A DNA stretch of 64,000 bases, taken from positions 128,001 through 192,000 of the forward strand of contig CAWKDB010000004.1 of NCBI GenBank assembly GCA_963848295.1. The letters are read 5' to 3'. A program made the translations under genes and the position numbers. The notes under the pieces were generated by a model that ran no database searches, was not told where the DNA came from, and saw only the letters and a program-made list of their open reading frames with translations. The stretch is from an uncultured delta proteobacterium (GTDB lineage: Bacteria > Myxococcota_A > Polyangia > Haliangiales > Haliangiaceae). Below are positions 9,846 through 18,746 of the stretch, in pieces (positions within the stretch are counted from its first letter, which is position 1; the number at the start of each line of letters is the position of its first letter).

Positions 9846-10859
9846 ATGAACAAGGTACGCGCCGAATACATCTGGATCGATGGACAGAAGCCCACCGCGA
9901 AGCTGCGCTCGAAGACGAAGATCGTCGACGGGCCGATCAAGACGGTCGACGCGCTTCCCGACTGGGGGTTCGATGGCTCGAGCTCGAGCCAGGCCGAAGG
10001 CCACTTCAGCGACTGCCAGCTCAAGCCGGTCAAGGTCATCGTCGATCCGCTGCACGACGAGCACGACGTGCTCGTCCTGTGCGAAGTGCTGAACGCCGAT
10101 GGCAGCGTGCACGTCAGCAACACCCGGGCGCGGCTGCGCGCGATCGCGGAGAAGTTCGCGGCGCACGAGACGTGGTTCGGCATCGAACAGGAGTACACGC
10201 TGTTCGACGGCAACAAGCCGCTCGGCTGGCCGGACCGCGGCTTCCCGGCGCCGCAAGGCGGCTATTACTGCGGCGTGGGCAGTGACGAGGTGTTCGGGCG
10301 AGACATGGTCGAGGCCCACACCGCGGCGTGCATCAAGTCCGGCCTCGCGATCGTCGGGACCAACGCCGAGGTGATGCCGGCCCAATGGGAGTTCCAGCTC
10401 GGCACGCTCGGCCCGCTGGACATGGGGGATCAACTCTGGCTCGCGCGCTGGTTGCTCTACAGGATCGGCGAGGACTTCGAGGTCAGCGCCACGTTGCATC
10501 CGAAGCCGATCAAGGGCGACTGGAACGGAGCGGGCGCTCACACGAACGTCAGCACGAAGGCGACGCGCGCAGAGGGCGGGCTCAAGGCGATCGAGGCCGC
10601 GTGTGAAAAGCTTCGCAAGCGGCACGACGAGCACATCGCCGTCTACGGTGCCTTCAACGAAGAACGCCTCACCGGCAAGCACGAGACGTGTGGCATCCAT
10701 CAGTTCCGGTACGGCGTCAGTGATCGCGGCGCTTCGATCCGGATCCCGATGGCGACTGCGAACGCGGGCAAGGGCTACTTCGAGGATCGCCGCCCGGCTG
10801 CGAACATGGATCCGTACGCGGTGTGCGCGATCTTGGTCGAGACCATCTGCTCGCCGTAG
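9846..10859 (+). CDS. glnII: Glutamine synthetase type II
   Basis: AEYIWIDG, LRSKTK, WGFDGSS, FGIEQEY, NAEVMPAQWEFQ, GDWNGAGAH, EDRRPAANMDPY; 337 aa. Confidence 0.95.
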   Translation: MNKVRAEYIWIDGQKPTAKLRSKTKIVDGPIKTVDALPDWGFDGSSSSQAEGHFSDCQLKPVKVIVDPLHDEHDVLVLCEVLNADGSVHVSNTRARLRAIAEKFAAHETWFGIEQEYTLFDGNKPLGWPDRGFPAPQGGYYCGVGSDEVFGRDMVEAHTAACIKSGLAIVGTNAEVMPAQWEFQLGTLGPLDMGDQLWLARWLLYRIGEDFEVSATLHPKPIKGDWNGAGAHTNVSTKATRAEGGLKAIEAACEKLRKRHDEHIAVYGAFNEERLTGKHETCGIHQFRYGVSDRGASIRIPMATANAGKGYFEDRRPAANMDPYAVCAILVETICSP

Positions 10860-10901
10860 CGCGTCGCTGTGATTCGTCACATCGTCGATGTGACGCGCGA
10901 G

Positions 10902-11585
10902 CTAGGCGCCGATCGGATCGGGGGCGGTGATGTCGATCGTCGGAAACCGCGTCGAGAAGGGCGCGTACGCCTCGCGCCGATCGGCCTGGAGCTCGTCGAG
11001 CAGCGCCACGACTTGGTCGGCTCGGTTGCCGGTCATCAGCCGCGCGTACAACGCGTCGACGACCTCGGCTTTGAGGTGTTGGATGTCGGAGACCATGATC
11101 GTTCCGCCGGTCTGGACCGTGTCGGGGATGAACTGGAGGAACGGATCGGGCGCCCTCCGCAGGAGGCCGACGAGCCGGGACGGATTCTCGCGACCACCCT
11201 CCATCGCGGGATGAAACGCGGCGTGGACGAGCGGGCGCCTCTGGTCATTGCGAAGCTTCGTCGAGACCTCGTGACCGAATCGCTCGAACGTGCGCGAGAT
11301 CTGCCGCGACGCGAGCGGATAGATGAGGTGGACGACTCGGCTCGGGGTGGAGAGCAGAGCGCGGATCGCCGTGTCGACATCGAGCGCTGGATCGAGGACG
11401 ACGAAGGTCGCGCCGAAGCCGCCCTTGACGTCGTGGAGGTGTGGGCACAGACCGTAGGCGGCGACGACCTCGCCGGCGTAGCGGCGCATCAGCGACACCA
11501 CCTCCGCGGCGAGGTCGGGCGCGCCATCTTCGCGTGCCCACGCACCAGCGATCGCGAATCGATCCGCGGACTGCACCGCCAGCAA
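10902..11585 (-). CDS. Hypothetical protein, DUF1415-like; start uncertain
   Basis: VVAAYGLCPH, AAFHP and RRAPDPFLQF parallel the DUF1415 LCPF/FHP/RSPYP motifs. Confidence 0.5.
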   Translation of the reverse strand: MLAVQSADRFAIAGAWAREDGAPDLAAEVVSLMRRYAGEVVAAYGLCPHLHDVKGGFGATFVVLDPALDVDTAIRALLSTPSRVVHLIYPLASRQISRTFERFGHEVSTKLRNDQRRPLVHAAFHPAMEGGRENPSRLVGLLRRAPDPFLQFIPDTVQTGGTIMVSDIQHLKAEVVDALYARLMTGNRADQVVALLDELQADRREAYAPFSTRFPTIDITAPDPIGA

Positions 11586-11678
11586 ATTACCCTAGGACTA
11601 TCGAGGCTTCGTCCCGGTGTTGTCAAGGATCGGGCCTTGACGAAGCCAAGAGGTCATGGCCAAGCTACTCCAAACTCG

Positions 11679-11733
11679 TTGGCGGTGGAGTCCGCCGCAA
11701 CCGTCGCGCCTCTGGCGACCAATGACTCCTACG
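11679..11733 (+). ncRNA. Fluoride riboswitch (crcB motif)
   Basis: GGCGGTGGAGTCCGCC..AACC GTCGC/GCGAC ..AATGACTCCTAC; GGAGT/ACTCC pseudoknot pairing; lies just upstream of crcB. Confidence 0.92.
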
Positions 11734-11751
11734 TCTCCGGAGAGGACACGT

Positions 11752-12141
11752 ATGGAGCGAATGCAGAACATCTTGGCCGTCGGAGTCGGGAGCTTCCTCG
11801 GCGGCGTCCTGCGCTACCTGGTCGCGCTGTGGACGCAGGCCAAGGGCTGGACCGCGTTCCCGTGGGCGACGCTGATCGTCAACGTGGTCGGCTGCTTTCT
11901 GATCACGCTCATCTTGACGATCGCGGCGGCGGCGACGATGCGGACCAACCTCCGGCTGTTCCTGACCACCGGGGTCATGGGCGGTCTGACGACGTATTCG
12001 ACGTTCGATTACGAGACAACGAAGTTCTTCCAGGACGGAGCGCCGATGTCTGCGCTCGCGAACATCGGTGCCACGGTCGTCGTGTGTCTCGTCGCCGGCT
12101 TGCTCGGCATCGCAGCGGCGCGGCTCGTAGTCGCTGAATGA
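11752..12141 (+). CDS. crcB: Fluoride channel Fluc/CrcB
   Basis: GSFLGGVLRY, FPWATLIVNVVGCF, TTGVMGGLTTYSTF; RBS GGAGAGG. Confidence 0.95.
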   Translation: MERMQNILAVGVGSFLGGVLRYLVALWTQAKGWTAFPWATLIVNVVGCFLITLILTIAAAATMRTNLRLFLTTGVMGGLTTYSTFDYETTKFFQDGAPMSALANIGATVVVCLVAGLLGIAAARLVVAE

Positions 12142-12151
12142 AAGGAATCCC

Positions 12152-12505
12152 ATGCGCGTACTCGACGGCGAACAGATCCTGGTCCGCATCTTCATCGGAG
12201 AGTCGGATCATTGGCATCACACGCCACTTCATCGTGCGTTGCTCGACCGACTACGCAAGGAAGGCTTCGCCGGCGCGACCGTGATCCATGGCATCGCGGG
12301 GTTTGGCGCGCGCAGCGTGATCCACACGACCCACATCCTCGACTTGTCCACCGACCTGCCGGTCGTGATCGAGGTGGTCGATGATCAAGCCCACGTCGAC
12401 AAGCTCACCGCGATCCTCGACGAGATGCTCGACGGCGGCATGGTGACGATGGAAAAGGTCCGCGTGCTGCGCTACGAGCCCGGCAAGCGGGCCAAAGCGC
12501 CCTGA
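12152..12505 (+). CDS. DUF190 PII-like protein
   Basis: RIFIGESD, AGATVIHGIAGFG, LSTDLPVVIEVVD; usual crcB neighbour. Confidence 0.92.
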   Translation: MRVLDGEQILVRIFIGESDHWHHTPLHRALLDRLRKEGFAGATVIHGIAGFGARSVIHTTHILDLSTDLPVVIEVVDDQAHVDKLTAILDEMLDGGMVTMEKVRVLRYEPGKRAKAP

Positions 12506-12527
12506 GCCCGCTCGCCTGCGGCTCGGA

Positions 12528-13487
12528 TCAGGGGTTCAGGAACTCCATCAGACTCGGAGTGGAGGTCACCGTCGGCAACCGCGGCATCCCGAAGAGATCC
12601 TCGACCGTCGCGAGATACGACGAGTGGGTGAACGCGGTCGCCGACGTCATGCCCGCCGTCTTGATTCGCGGCGAGACGACGATCATCGGCACTTGGTCCG
12701 GGTCGTCGCCGTTGCGGCCTTCCGCCTCGTCCCACGTGATGAACAAGACGCCACCGTTCTTGAACCCGTCGCTCGCGAGGATCGCGGGCACGTTATTCTT
12801 GAGCCACGTGTCGGTCGTCTCGAGCGCGCCGACCGGATCGGTCGAGGGATCGTGGCCATCGTCGGTCAGGTTCGGCGTGATCCACATGTAGCGGTACGTG
12901 TTCGTCGCGAGGTCCGCGGCGAAGTTCGTGTAGTCGACGTTCGTATTGGCGCACAGGTTGTTCGCGCCCATCTGCATGTCGGTGAAGTAGAGGAACGGGT
13001 CGTGGCGCGGGGCGTACGAGCCATCGTCGGTCAGCATGCACGGCGTCGCTTCGGTCTCTTGGTACGACCGCCACTTGAGGCCGGCCGCTTGGAGCTGCGT
13101 GCCGAGGTTCATGGCGGCCGACGGGAACAGGAACGGCGTCTGCGGCTCGACATCGAACAAGCCGAAATACTGATTGTCGCCACTGATCAGATTCAGATAG
13201 TTCGGCGTCGACGGATGGCCGGTGTCCTTGTAGTTCGTCGCGAGCCCGTAGTCCGCGATCAACGAGTTGATGTACGGCGCGTTCGACGACCCGACGATCT
13301 CGGCATAGTCGTGGTTCTCCAGAGGGATCGTGAAGATCGTCGTGAAGCCAGAATTCGCGGGCGAGTCGATGGAAATCGAGTCGCTGCCATTGTGAGAGGC
13401 GTCGGGTTGTTGCGTGTCGTCGCCGTTCGGATTCATCCCGTTCGAGCCGCACGCGGCCAGGCCGATCATGAGCGAGATCTTGCGCAT
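12528..13487 (-). CDS. Phosphoesterase/acid phosphatase family lipoprotein
   Basis: LAAC lipobox; ENHDY, HPSTPNY, RHDPF, TPNLTDDGHD, ITWDE, HSSYLATVE. Confidence 0.88.
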   Translation of the reverse strand: MRKISLMIGLAACGSNGMNPNGDDTQQPDASHNGSDSISIDSPANSGFTTIFTIPLENHDYAEIVGSSNAPYINSLIADYGLATNYKDTGHPSTPNYLNLISGDNQYFGLFDVEPQTPFLFPSAAMNLGTQLQAAGLKWRSYQETEATPCMLTDDGSYAPRHDPFLYFTDMQMGANNLCANTNVDYTNFAADLATNTYRYMWITPNLTDDGHDPSTDPVGALETTDTWLKNNVPAILASDGFKNGGVLFITWDEAEGRNGDDPDQVPMIVVSPRIKTAGMTSATAFTHSSYLATVEDLFGMPRLPTVTSTPSLMEFLNP

Positions 13488-13603
13488 CTATCCCTCCTCG
13501 TCGGGCGCCGTTGTAACGCGGGCGTTAGAAATTCGCGGAAAAAGTTATTCGCGATCACCTAAACGTTACTTCGCGCCGCGGTGCGCCATGCGACGGCGGC
13601 GCC

Positions 13604-14080
13604 TCAGAACTTCAGGTCGATGTTCTCGACGTCATCGCCACCACACTCGGTATTCGGAAACGTCAGCACCGATGCGGTGATCGCGAGCGAGCCGTGTAGC
13701 GGCTGAGCCATGTCGATTCTTAATGTGAAGCTGCCCTCCGGGACCGCCGTGGCGCCGGCGCGATAGACGCAGCCGCCGTCGCCGATGCGTTGCAGCGCGA
13801 CCGCGCTCCAATCCTCGACGGTCTCCGACGTCAGCTCCCCGGTCACCCCGGCGGGGAGCGCGATCGTCACCGCGAGCATCGTCTGCAGCTGCGCGATCGG
13901 GACGGAGAACTCGAGCGCCGTCCCGGCGAGCGTGGGGCAGTCTGCGACAGCGCTCGAGCTCTCGGCGAAGTTTCCGGAGAATTGCGCAGAACATTGCACG
14001 AACGCGTCGACCGCCGAGTCGGGGGCCGCGTCGTTGTCACCGCATCCGGCGAGCACGGCGAGCATGGTGAGCCACCGCAT
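13604..14080 (-). CDS. Small lipoprotein of unknown function (paralog of 29241-29720)
   Basis: MRWLTMLAVLAGCGDN; TGATG coupling; shared GNFAES..ADCPTL and RIGDGGCVY motifs. Confidence 0.8.
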   Translation of the reverse strand: MRWLTMLAVLAGCGDNDAAPDSAVDAFVQCSAQFSGNFAESSSAVADCPTLAGTALEFSVPIAQLQTMLAVTIALPAGVTGELTSETVEDWSAVALQRIGDGGCVYRAGATAVPEGSFTLRIDMAQPLHGSLAITASVLTFPNTECGGDDVENIDLKF

Positions 14081-16395
14081 CACGGCCTCGCGATGTGGAA
14101 AGTGATCGAGTCGGCGAGCGCGGCCGGAAGCTGCGCGTCGTCGATCTCGGGAACGCAATCGTGGTCGCGATCCGACGTCGGTGGGCCGCCGCCGCCTTGG
14201 TCTTTGAGCCGGCCGAGCTCGCCGGTGAGTGCGCGCTCCGCCATCTGCAAGCCGCCGCGCGGCAGGCCGTCGATCACGCTCGTGCATTCGCTCGGCCAGG
14301 CGACCTGCTTGTCGAGGTCGCGATCGTCCCAGCCATCGAGCACGAGCTTATCGAGCCGAGCGAGCCGATCTTCCATCACCAGCTCGAGCGCCTCTTCACC
14401 GGGCCTGGCCGCGACGAGCTCGTAGACATCGCGCAGCGCGCTCTGCAACAACGCGAACCGAAACGGCGTCAGCTCGACGTCATCGACCGGCGCCGGCGTC
14501 GCGGAGTAGACCCGCGCGGCCGGGTCGTAGAACACAGCTTCGACGCGATCGAACACCGCGATCGCTCGATCGCGATAGCGCACGTCGCCGGTCGCGAGGT
14601 AGGCCGCGAACAGGCCGCGGATCGCGGCGGTGTGAGCGTCGAGCGTGTCGGAGTCATCGACCGGTGCGCCCGCGGCGAGGTCCCAGCCGCTCCACGCGCG
14701 CCCCGTCGTGTCGGTGAGGTGATCGAGCAGTAAGCTCGCCTGCGCGCGCAGCAGTTGGTCGATGCGATCGGCGATCGCGAGCGACGGATCGCCGGGGAAG
14801 TTCAACGGCGCGATGTCGAGCGGCGTCGAACGAATCGCGGTGTCCGGTGTGTTGTTCGAGTACAGCTCGAGCTGCGAGCCGAGCGCGCGCAACGCGGTCC
14901 GTAGACCGATCACGGCGTAAGCCACCGACGTTGTCGACACCGTCGTGCCGCGGGCCGGCGCGGCGCCCGCCATCGCGACGTGATCGACGAGCACGCCGGT
15001 CGCAGGATCGGCGTGGATGCGATCGAGGTTGACGAGCGCGACCCGCAAGATCGCGAGCGCGCGATCGTGCAACGTCGCCTCGCCGTCGGCGAGTTGGTCG
15101 TCGGAAGGGAACGGATCGCCGTCGAAGTACGCGCGCGCGGGCTGGGCCCCGCCGACGTCGCGGTTCGCCGTGTCGGTCAACGCGTAGGCCGTCGCGTAGC
15201 CGAGCACGAGGCCGACCGCATCGAGCAGCTCGCTATCGCCGGAAGCGAGCGCGTAGCTCGGCCGGGGAAACCCGCTCGCATCGGCGGTCTCGGTCACCGC
15301 GACCGAAGGAAACCACGTCAGCGGTGCGGTGTAGTCGTAAGCGAGCGCGGCCGAAATGCTCGCGAAGCCGGTCAGCGTCACGCCGTCGCTCGTCGCGAAC
15401 GTGCGCAGCCAATCCTCGGCGCGGTTGTCGGCCTCGACGAGCAGCGTCGCGGCCTGGAAGCCCTCGATCTGGCTCGAGCCGAGGTACGTGCCAGGCGCGC
15501 TGGGCGCGCCGCTCGCGTCGACGCCGACGATCGTGTTGCCCGGGGTGCCGACCGCCGGTAGATCCATCTCGTCGACGCTCGCGACCGCGTTGCCGGTCGA
15601 GTCGTGCATGATCTCGAGGTAGTTCATCACCCACAGCGCCGACTTCCACGTCGCGAAGCCGTCGCCACCGACCGTGACCGTCGGATCGATCTGCGAGGCG
15701 CGATCGCGCAGGTGGAGCGTCGACGCATCGCACTCGTAGTCCGCGACGATCAGGTTTTCGCCTAGCTCGTTCGGGCTGTCGTCCGACGCGATCTGGCATT
15801 GCCGATCCGCGGTCGACGTCGGATCGCTCGCCGGATCGAAGCTCGCGAACACGTGCGCGACCGGCCAGATGCCGGGCCAGCCGAGCTGCTCGGTCGGGAA
15901 CACCCACGTGCCCGAGGCGTTGCTCTCGTCGGCAGCGTGCAGCAACGTCGGTGCGAGCGCCGCGATCGCGGCCGCTCCGGTCGCGCCACCGGGATTGACG
16001 AGCGGCCCGAACACGAGCGACGTGCCGGCGCCGTACTCGAACGCGAGCCCGTTCATCGGCTGCTTCGAGTATTCGTACGACTCGACCGCGGTCGAGAACC
16101 CGGCGAGATCGATCCAATAGAGGCCGTCGGACTCGGCGTAGATGTTCGTCGGCAGGAGGTCGCGGCTGTAGCCGCCGAGCTGACGCCCCATCGCGGTCGC
16201 CAGCGGCTCGCCCGAGATCTGCATCTCCGCGGCGGCGAGCATGTGCTCGCGCGTGACGAATCGCGTGCTCCCGACGGTCGACGTGATCGTCGGCGCCGGC
16301 CCGGCGGCGTCGGTCGCTGCATCACCGCCGGCGTCGTTCGCGATCGCCTGCGGCGTGTGACACGCGGCGAGCGCGAGCACGAGCATCCGGCTCAT
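14080..16395 (-). CDS. Large lipoprotein of unknown function, ~771 aa (paralog of 31654-34011)
   Basis: MSRMLVLALAAC lipobox; long blocks shared with the paralog; AIRGLFAAYLATGDVRYRDRA alpha/alpha-barrel-like helix pair. Confidence 0.85.
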   Translation of the reverse strand: MSRMLVLALAACHTPQAIANDAGGDAATDAAGPAPTITSTVGSTRFVTREHMLAAAEMQISGEPLATAMGRQLGGYSRDLLPTNIYAESDGLYWIDLAGFSTAVESYEYSKQPMNGLAFEYGAGTSLVFGPLVNPGGATGAAAIAALAPTLLHAADESNASGTWVFPTEQLGWPGIWPVAHVFASFDPASDPTSTADRQCQIASDDSPNELGENLIVADYECDASTLHLRDRASQIDPTVTVGGDGFATWKSALWVMNYLEIMHDSTGNAVASVDEMDLPAVGTPGNTIVGVDASGAPSAPGTYLGSSQIEGFQAATLLVEADNRAEDWLRTFATSDGVTLTGFASISAALAYDYTAPLTWFPSVAVTETADASGFPRPSYALASGDSELLDAVGLVLGYATAYALTDTANRDVGGAQPARAYFDGDPFPSDDQLADGEATLHDRALAILRVALVNLDRIHADPATGVLVDHVAMAGAAPARGTTVSTTSVAYAVIGLRTALRALGSQLELYSNNTPDTAIRSTPLDIAPLNFPGDPSLAIADRIDQLLRAQASLLLDHLTDTTGRAWSGWDLAAGAPVDDSDTLDAHTAAIRGLFAAYLATGDVRYRDRAIAVFDRVEAVFYDPAARVYSATPAPVDDVELTPFRFALLQSALRDVYELVAARPGEEALELVMEDRLARLDKLVLDGWDDRDLDKQVAWPSECTSVIDGLPRGGLQMAERALTGELGRLKDQGGGGPPTSDRDHDCVPEIDDAQLPAALADSITFHIARP

Positions 16396-16451
16396 CGCCT
16401 GACGTCGTAGCGCGAACTCGCCGGTGCAGACAACAACGAACTCGGTTGGAG

Positions 16452-17357
16452 CTAATTGTGCGTCAGGTCGGAGTCTTGCGTCGGTGAGATCTGCAAGTAG
16501 ACCTGACCATTCGTGTTGTACTCCGGTTCGACGATGCCGCTCACCGACGTGAACGTCTGCGTCGTGACCGGATTCGCACAGGTGTACGGCATCGCGACGC
16601 CGGTACACGGCAGACAGTACGTGACGTTGTCGTAGAACGTCAGGCCGATCGCGAGTGCCGAGGCGCCGCCGGTAGCCTCGAAGCCATCGTAGGTCGAGCC
16701 GGTCTGCGCCGGCATGCTCATGTCCGTGCACGTCGTCGTGAACTCGGTCGCCTTGATGCTCGACACCGGGAATGACGTGCCGGTGACGTGGACGTAGGAG
16801 CCCGCGTACGCGAGCGCTGCGGGCATCGCGAGCTGATCCTTGGCGATCACGGTGGGCGCGACATCGACGGTCGTGGCCGTCCCCATCTGACCGGACGCGG
16901 TGATCGTCGGTGCATCGAGCTCGAGGTTCGCTTGCGCGCCCGCCGGGGCCGTCCCGAGCAAGAAATTGTCGAACGAACCGGTGACGTTGACGACCGCGCC
17001 GATCGTGAGCCCGTCAATCTCCGCTTGGGTCATCGAGCAGTTCGGGCTCGTCCCGCCGTAGTCGCAGAACAATTGGATGCCGCTGTACTGGCCGCCGCCG
17101 GCGTCTTGCACCCAGACATGGCCGTACTTCTTCGACGAGACGTGCGCGGTAACGACCACGTTCTGCAACGTGACGACCGTCTCGTTCGCCGGCTGATTCA
17201 TGCGAATCGCTTTGATCGTCGTGACGTTCCCCGCGGTGTCGTGGGTGCTGCTGTCGGGACCATGGCCGCTGCTATCGGGCCCGGCATTGCTACCGCCGCC
17301 ACCGCAGGCGGCGAGAGCGAGAGTCGTGATGATGAACGTCTTGGCTGCGATGCGCAC
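16452..17357 (-). CDS. Lipoprotein with OB-fold-like repeats
   Basis: GGGAGG RBS and GTG start; LALAAC; VVTA..VWVQD..YSGIQLF..IGAVVNVTG OB-type pattern. Confidence 0.7.
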   Translation of the reverse strand: MRIAAKTFIITTLALAACGGGGSNAGPDSSGHGPDSSTHDTAGNVTTIKAIRMNQPANETVVTLQNVVVTAHVSSKKYGHVWVQDAGGGQYSGIQLFCDYGGTSPNCSMTQAEIDGLTIGAVVNVTGSFDNFLLGTAPAGAQANLELDAPTITASGQMGTATTVDVAPTVIAKDQLAMPAALAYAGSYVHVTGTSFPVSSIKATEFTTTCTDMSMPAQTGSTYDGFEATGGASALAIGLTFYDNVTYCLPCTGVAMPYTCANPVTTQTFTSVSGIVEPEYNTNGQVYLQISPTQDSDLTHN

Positions 17358-17545
17358 GTGAACCTCCCTGAGAGGTGCCGCGCGTATCACGAGGCGATCG
17401 AAACCGTCAGCACGGATCTCGCGTTCACCGGGGCGTTATGGGCCGAACGCGTTCGGTTTACCGTTTCTTTATCTTCGACGGAGAACGCCGAGACTACTGT
17501 GCGCGGCGATGTTCCCCACTGGCTCAGTCGTGCTCGCGATCGCTG

Positions 17546-18109
17546 ATGGCCCGCACTCGAGCTAAGATCGCGCTCGGCATCGCGCTCGTCGCTGGCTGTC
17601 GTCATCACGACCGGACCAGCGATGACGCCGTCGTGATCGCGGAGACCAAGACTCCGATCAAGATCGACGGTGAGCTGTCGGAGCCGGACTGGAACGAGGT
17701 CGGTGCGCCGCGGGTGTTCACCGCGAACGGCGGCGAGGCGCGCCCCTACTCGCAGGTTCGCTTGCTGCACGACGCGACCACTCTCTACGTCGGTTTGTAC
17801 GCCGCCGATCAGGATGTGCGCTCGACCGACAAGTTCGAGGTCGCCATAGGGCCACTCCAGCTCGCGGTCACCGCGGCCGGCATCGTGTCGCCCGCGGTGC
17901 CGGGAGTGCGCGCCGGCAAGGACCTCGACGGAACGATCGATCACCCCGACGACGAAGATGAAGAGTGGGTGATCGAGCTCGCGATTCCACTCGCGGCGGC
18001 GGGCCTGGCCAACCCGGATATCGCCGTGCCGTTTCGCGCGTCGCGCTGCGATACGCCAAAGGATGGAGTGGTGCGATGCGGCGAGTGGGCGGCGAACGTT
18101 CGATGGTGA
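17546..18109 (+). CDS. CBM9/DOMON-like sugar-binding lipoprotein
   Basis: LVAGC lipobox; PIKIDGELSEPDW, VRLLHD..LYVG, WVIELAIPL. Confidence 0.8.
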   Translation: MARTRAKIALGIALVAGCRHHDRTSDDAVVIAETKTPIKIDGELSEPDWNEVGAPRVFTANGGEARPYSQVRLLHDATTLYVGLYAADQDVRSTDKFEVAIGPLQLAVTAAGIVSPAVPGVRAGKDLDGTIDHPDDEDEEWVIELAIPLAAAGLANPDIAVPFRASRCDTPKDGVVRCGEWAANVRW

Positions 18110-18741
18110 AGCGTATCGCGCTCGCACTCGGCGCGCTAGCTGCGTGTCATCGCGACGGCGCGACCGCGCCGGATGCTGCGCTCGCGGCGGCCGATGCCAA
18201 CCGCGATGCGCCGATCTCGGACGCGGGCGTCGCGCTGATCGTCGTGCCGGCGACGACCGGGCCGATCGACATCGATGGTGACTGGACCGAGCCCGATTGG
18301 AACCAGCGCGCGGTCCAGCTCGTGTTTACCGACTCCCAGGGTCAGCAGGCCCGGCCGTATTCGGAGGTCCGGCTGCTCCACGACGATACGATGTTGTATC
18401 TCGGGATGTACGCCGCGGACGAAGACATCGAGCTGTCGGATTTCTTCCAGACGTCGCTCGCGTCGCTCGTGTTCCGGATCAACCCGCGCGGCACGGTCGA
18501 GGCGAGCTCCGACGTCGTGAATGCGGCTGCCGAGTACGACGGTACGCTCGACGATCCCGATGACTACGACGAGGAGTGGCTGCTCGAGGCCAGCGTTCCG
18601 CTGTCCGCGATCGGCTTGACCGGCGATGCAGCGATCTCGTTGATCGCGTCGCGCTGCGATGTCACGAAGGATGGCGAGCTGCACTGCGGCGGCGCGATGG
18701 CACCGATCGCGCTCGTCTCGATGACGGCGGGCACCCAGTAG
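18103..18741 (+). CDS. CBM9/DOMON-like sugar-binding lipoprotein (tandem paralog)
   Basis: LAAC lipobox; PIDIDGDWTEPDW, RPYSEVRLLHD, WLLEASVPL. Confidence 0.8.
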   Translation: MVKRIALALGALAACHRDGATAPDAALAAADANRDAPISDAGVALIVVPATTGPIDIDGDWTEPDWNQRAVQLVFTDSQGQQARPYSEVRLLHDDTMLYLGMYAADEDIELSDFFQTSLASLVFRINPRGTVEASSDVVNAAAEYDGTLDDPDDYDEEWLLEASVPLSAIGLTGDAAISLIASRCDVTKDGELHCGGAMAPIALVSMTAGTQ

Positions 18742-18746
18742 CCCCC

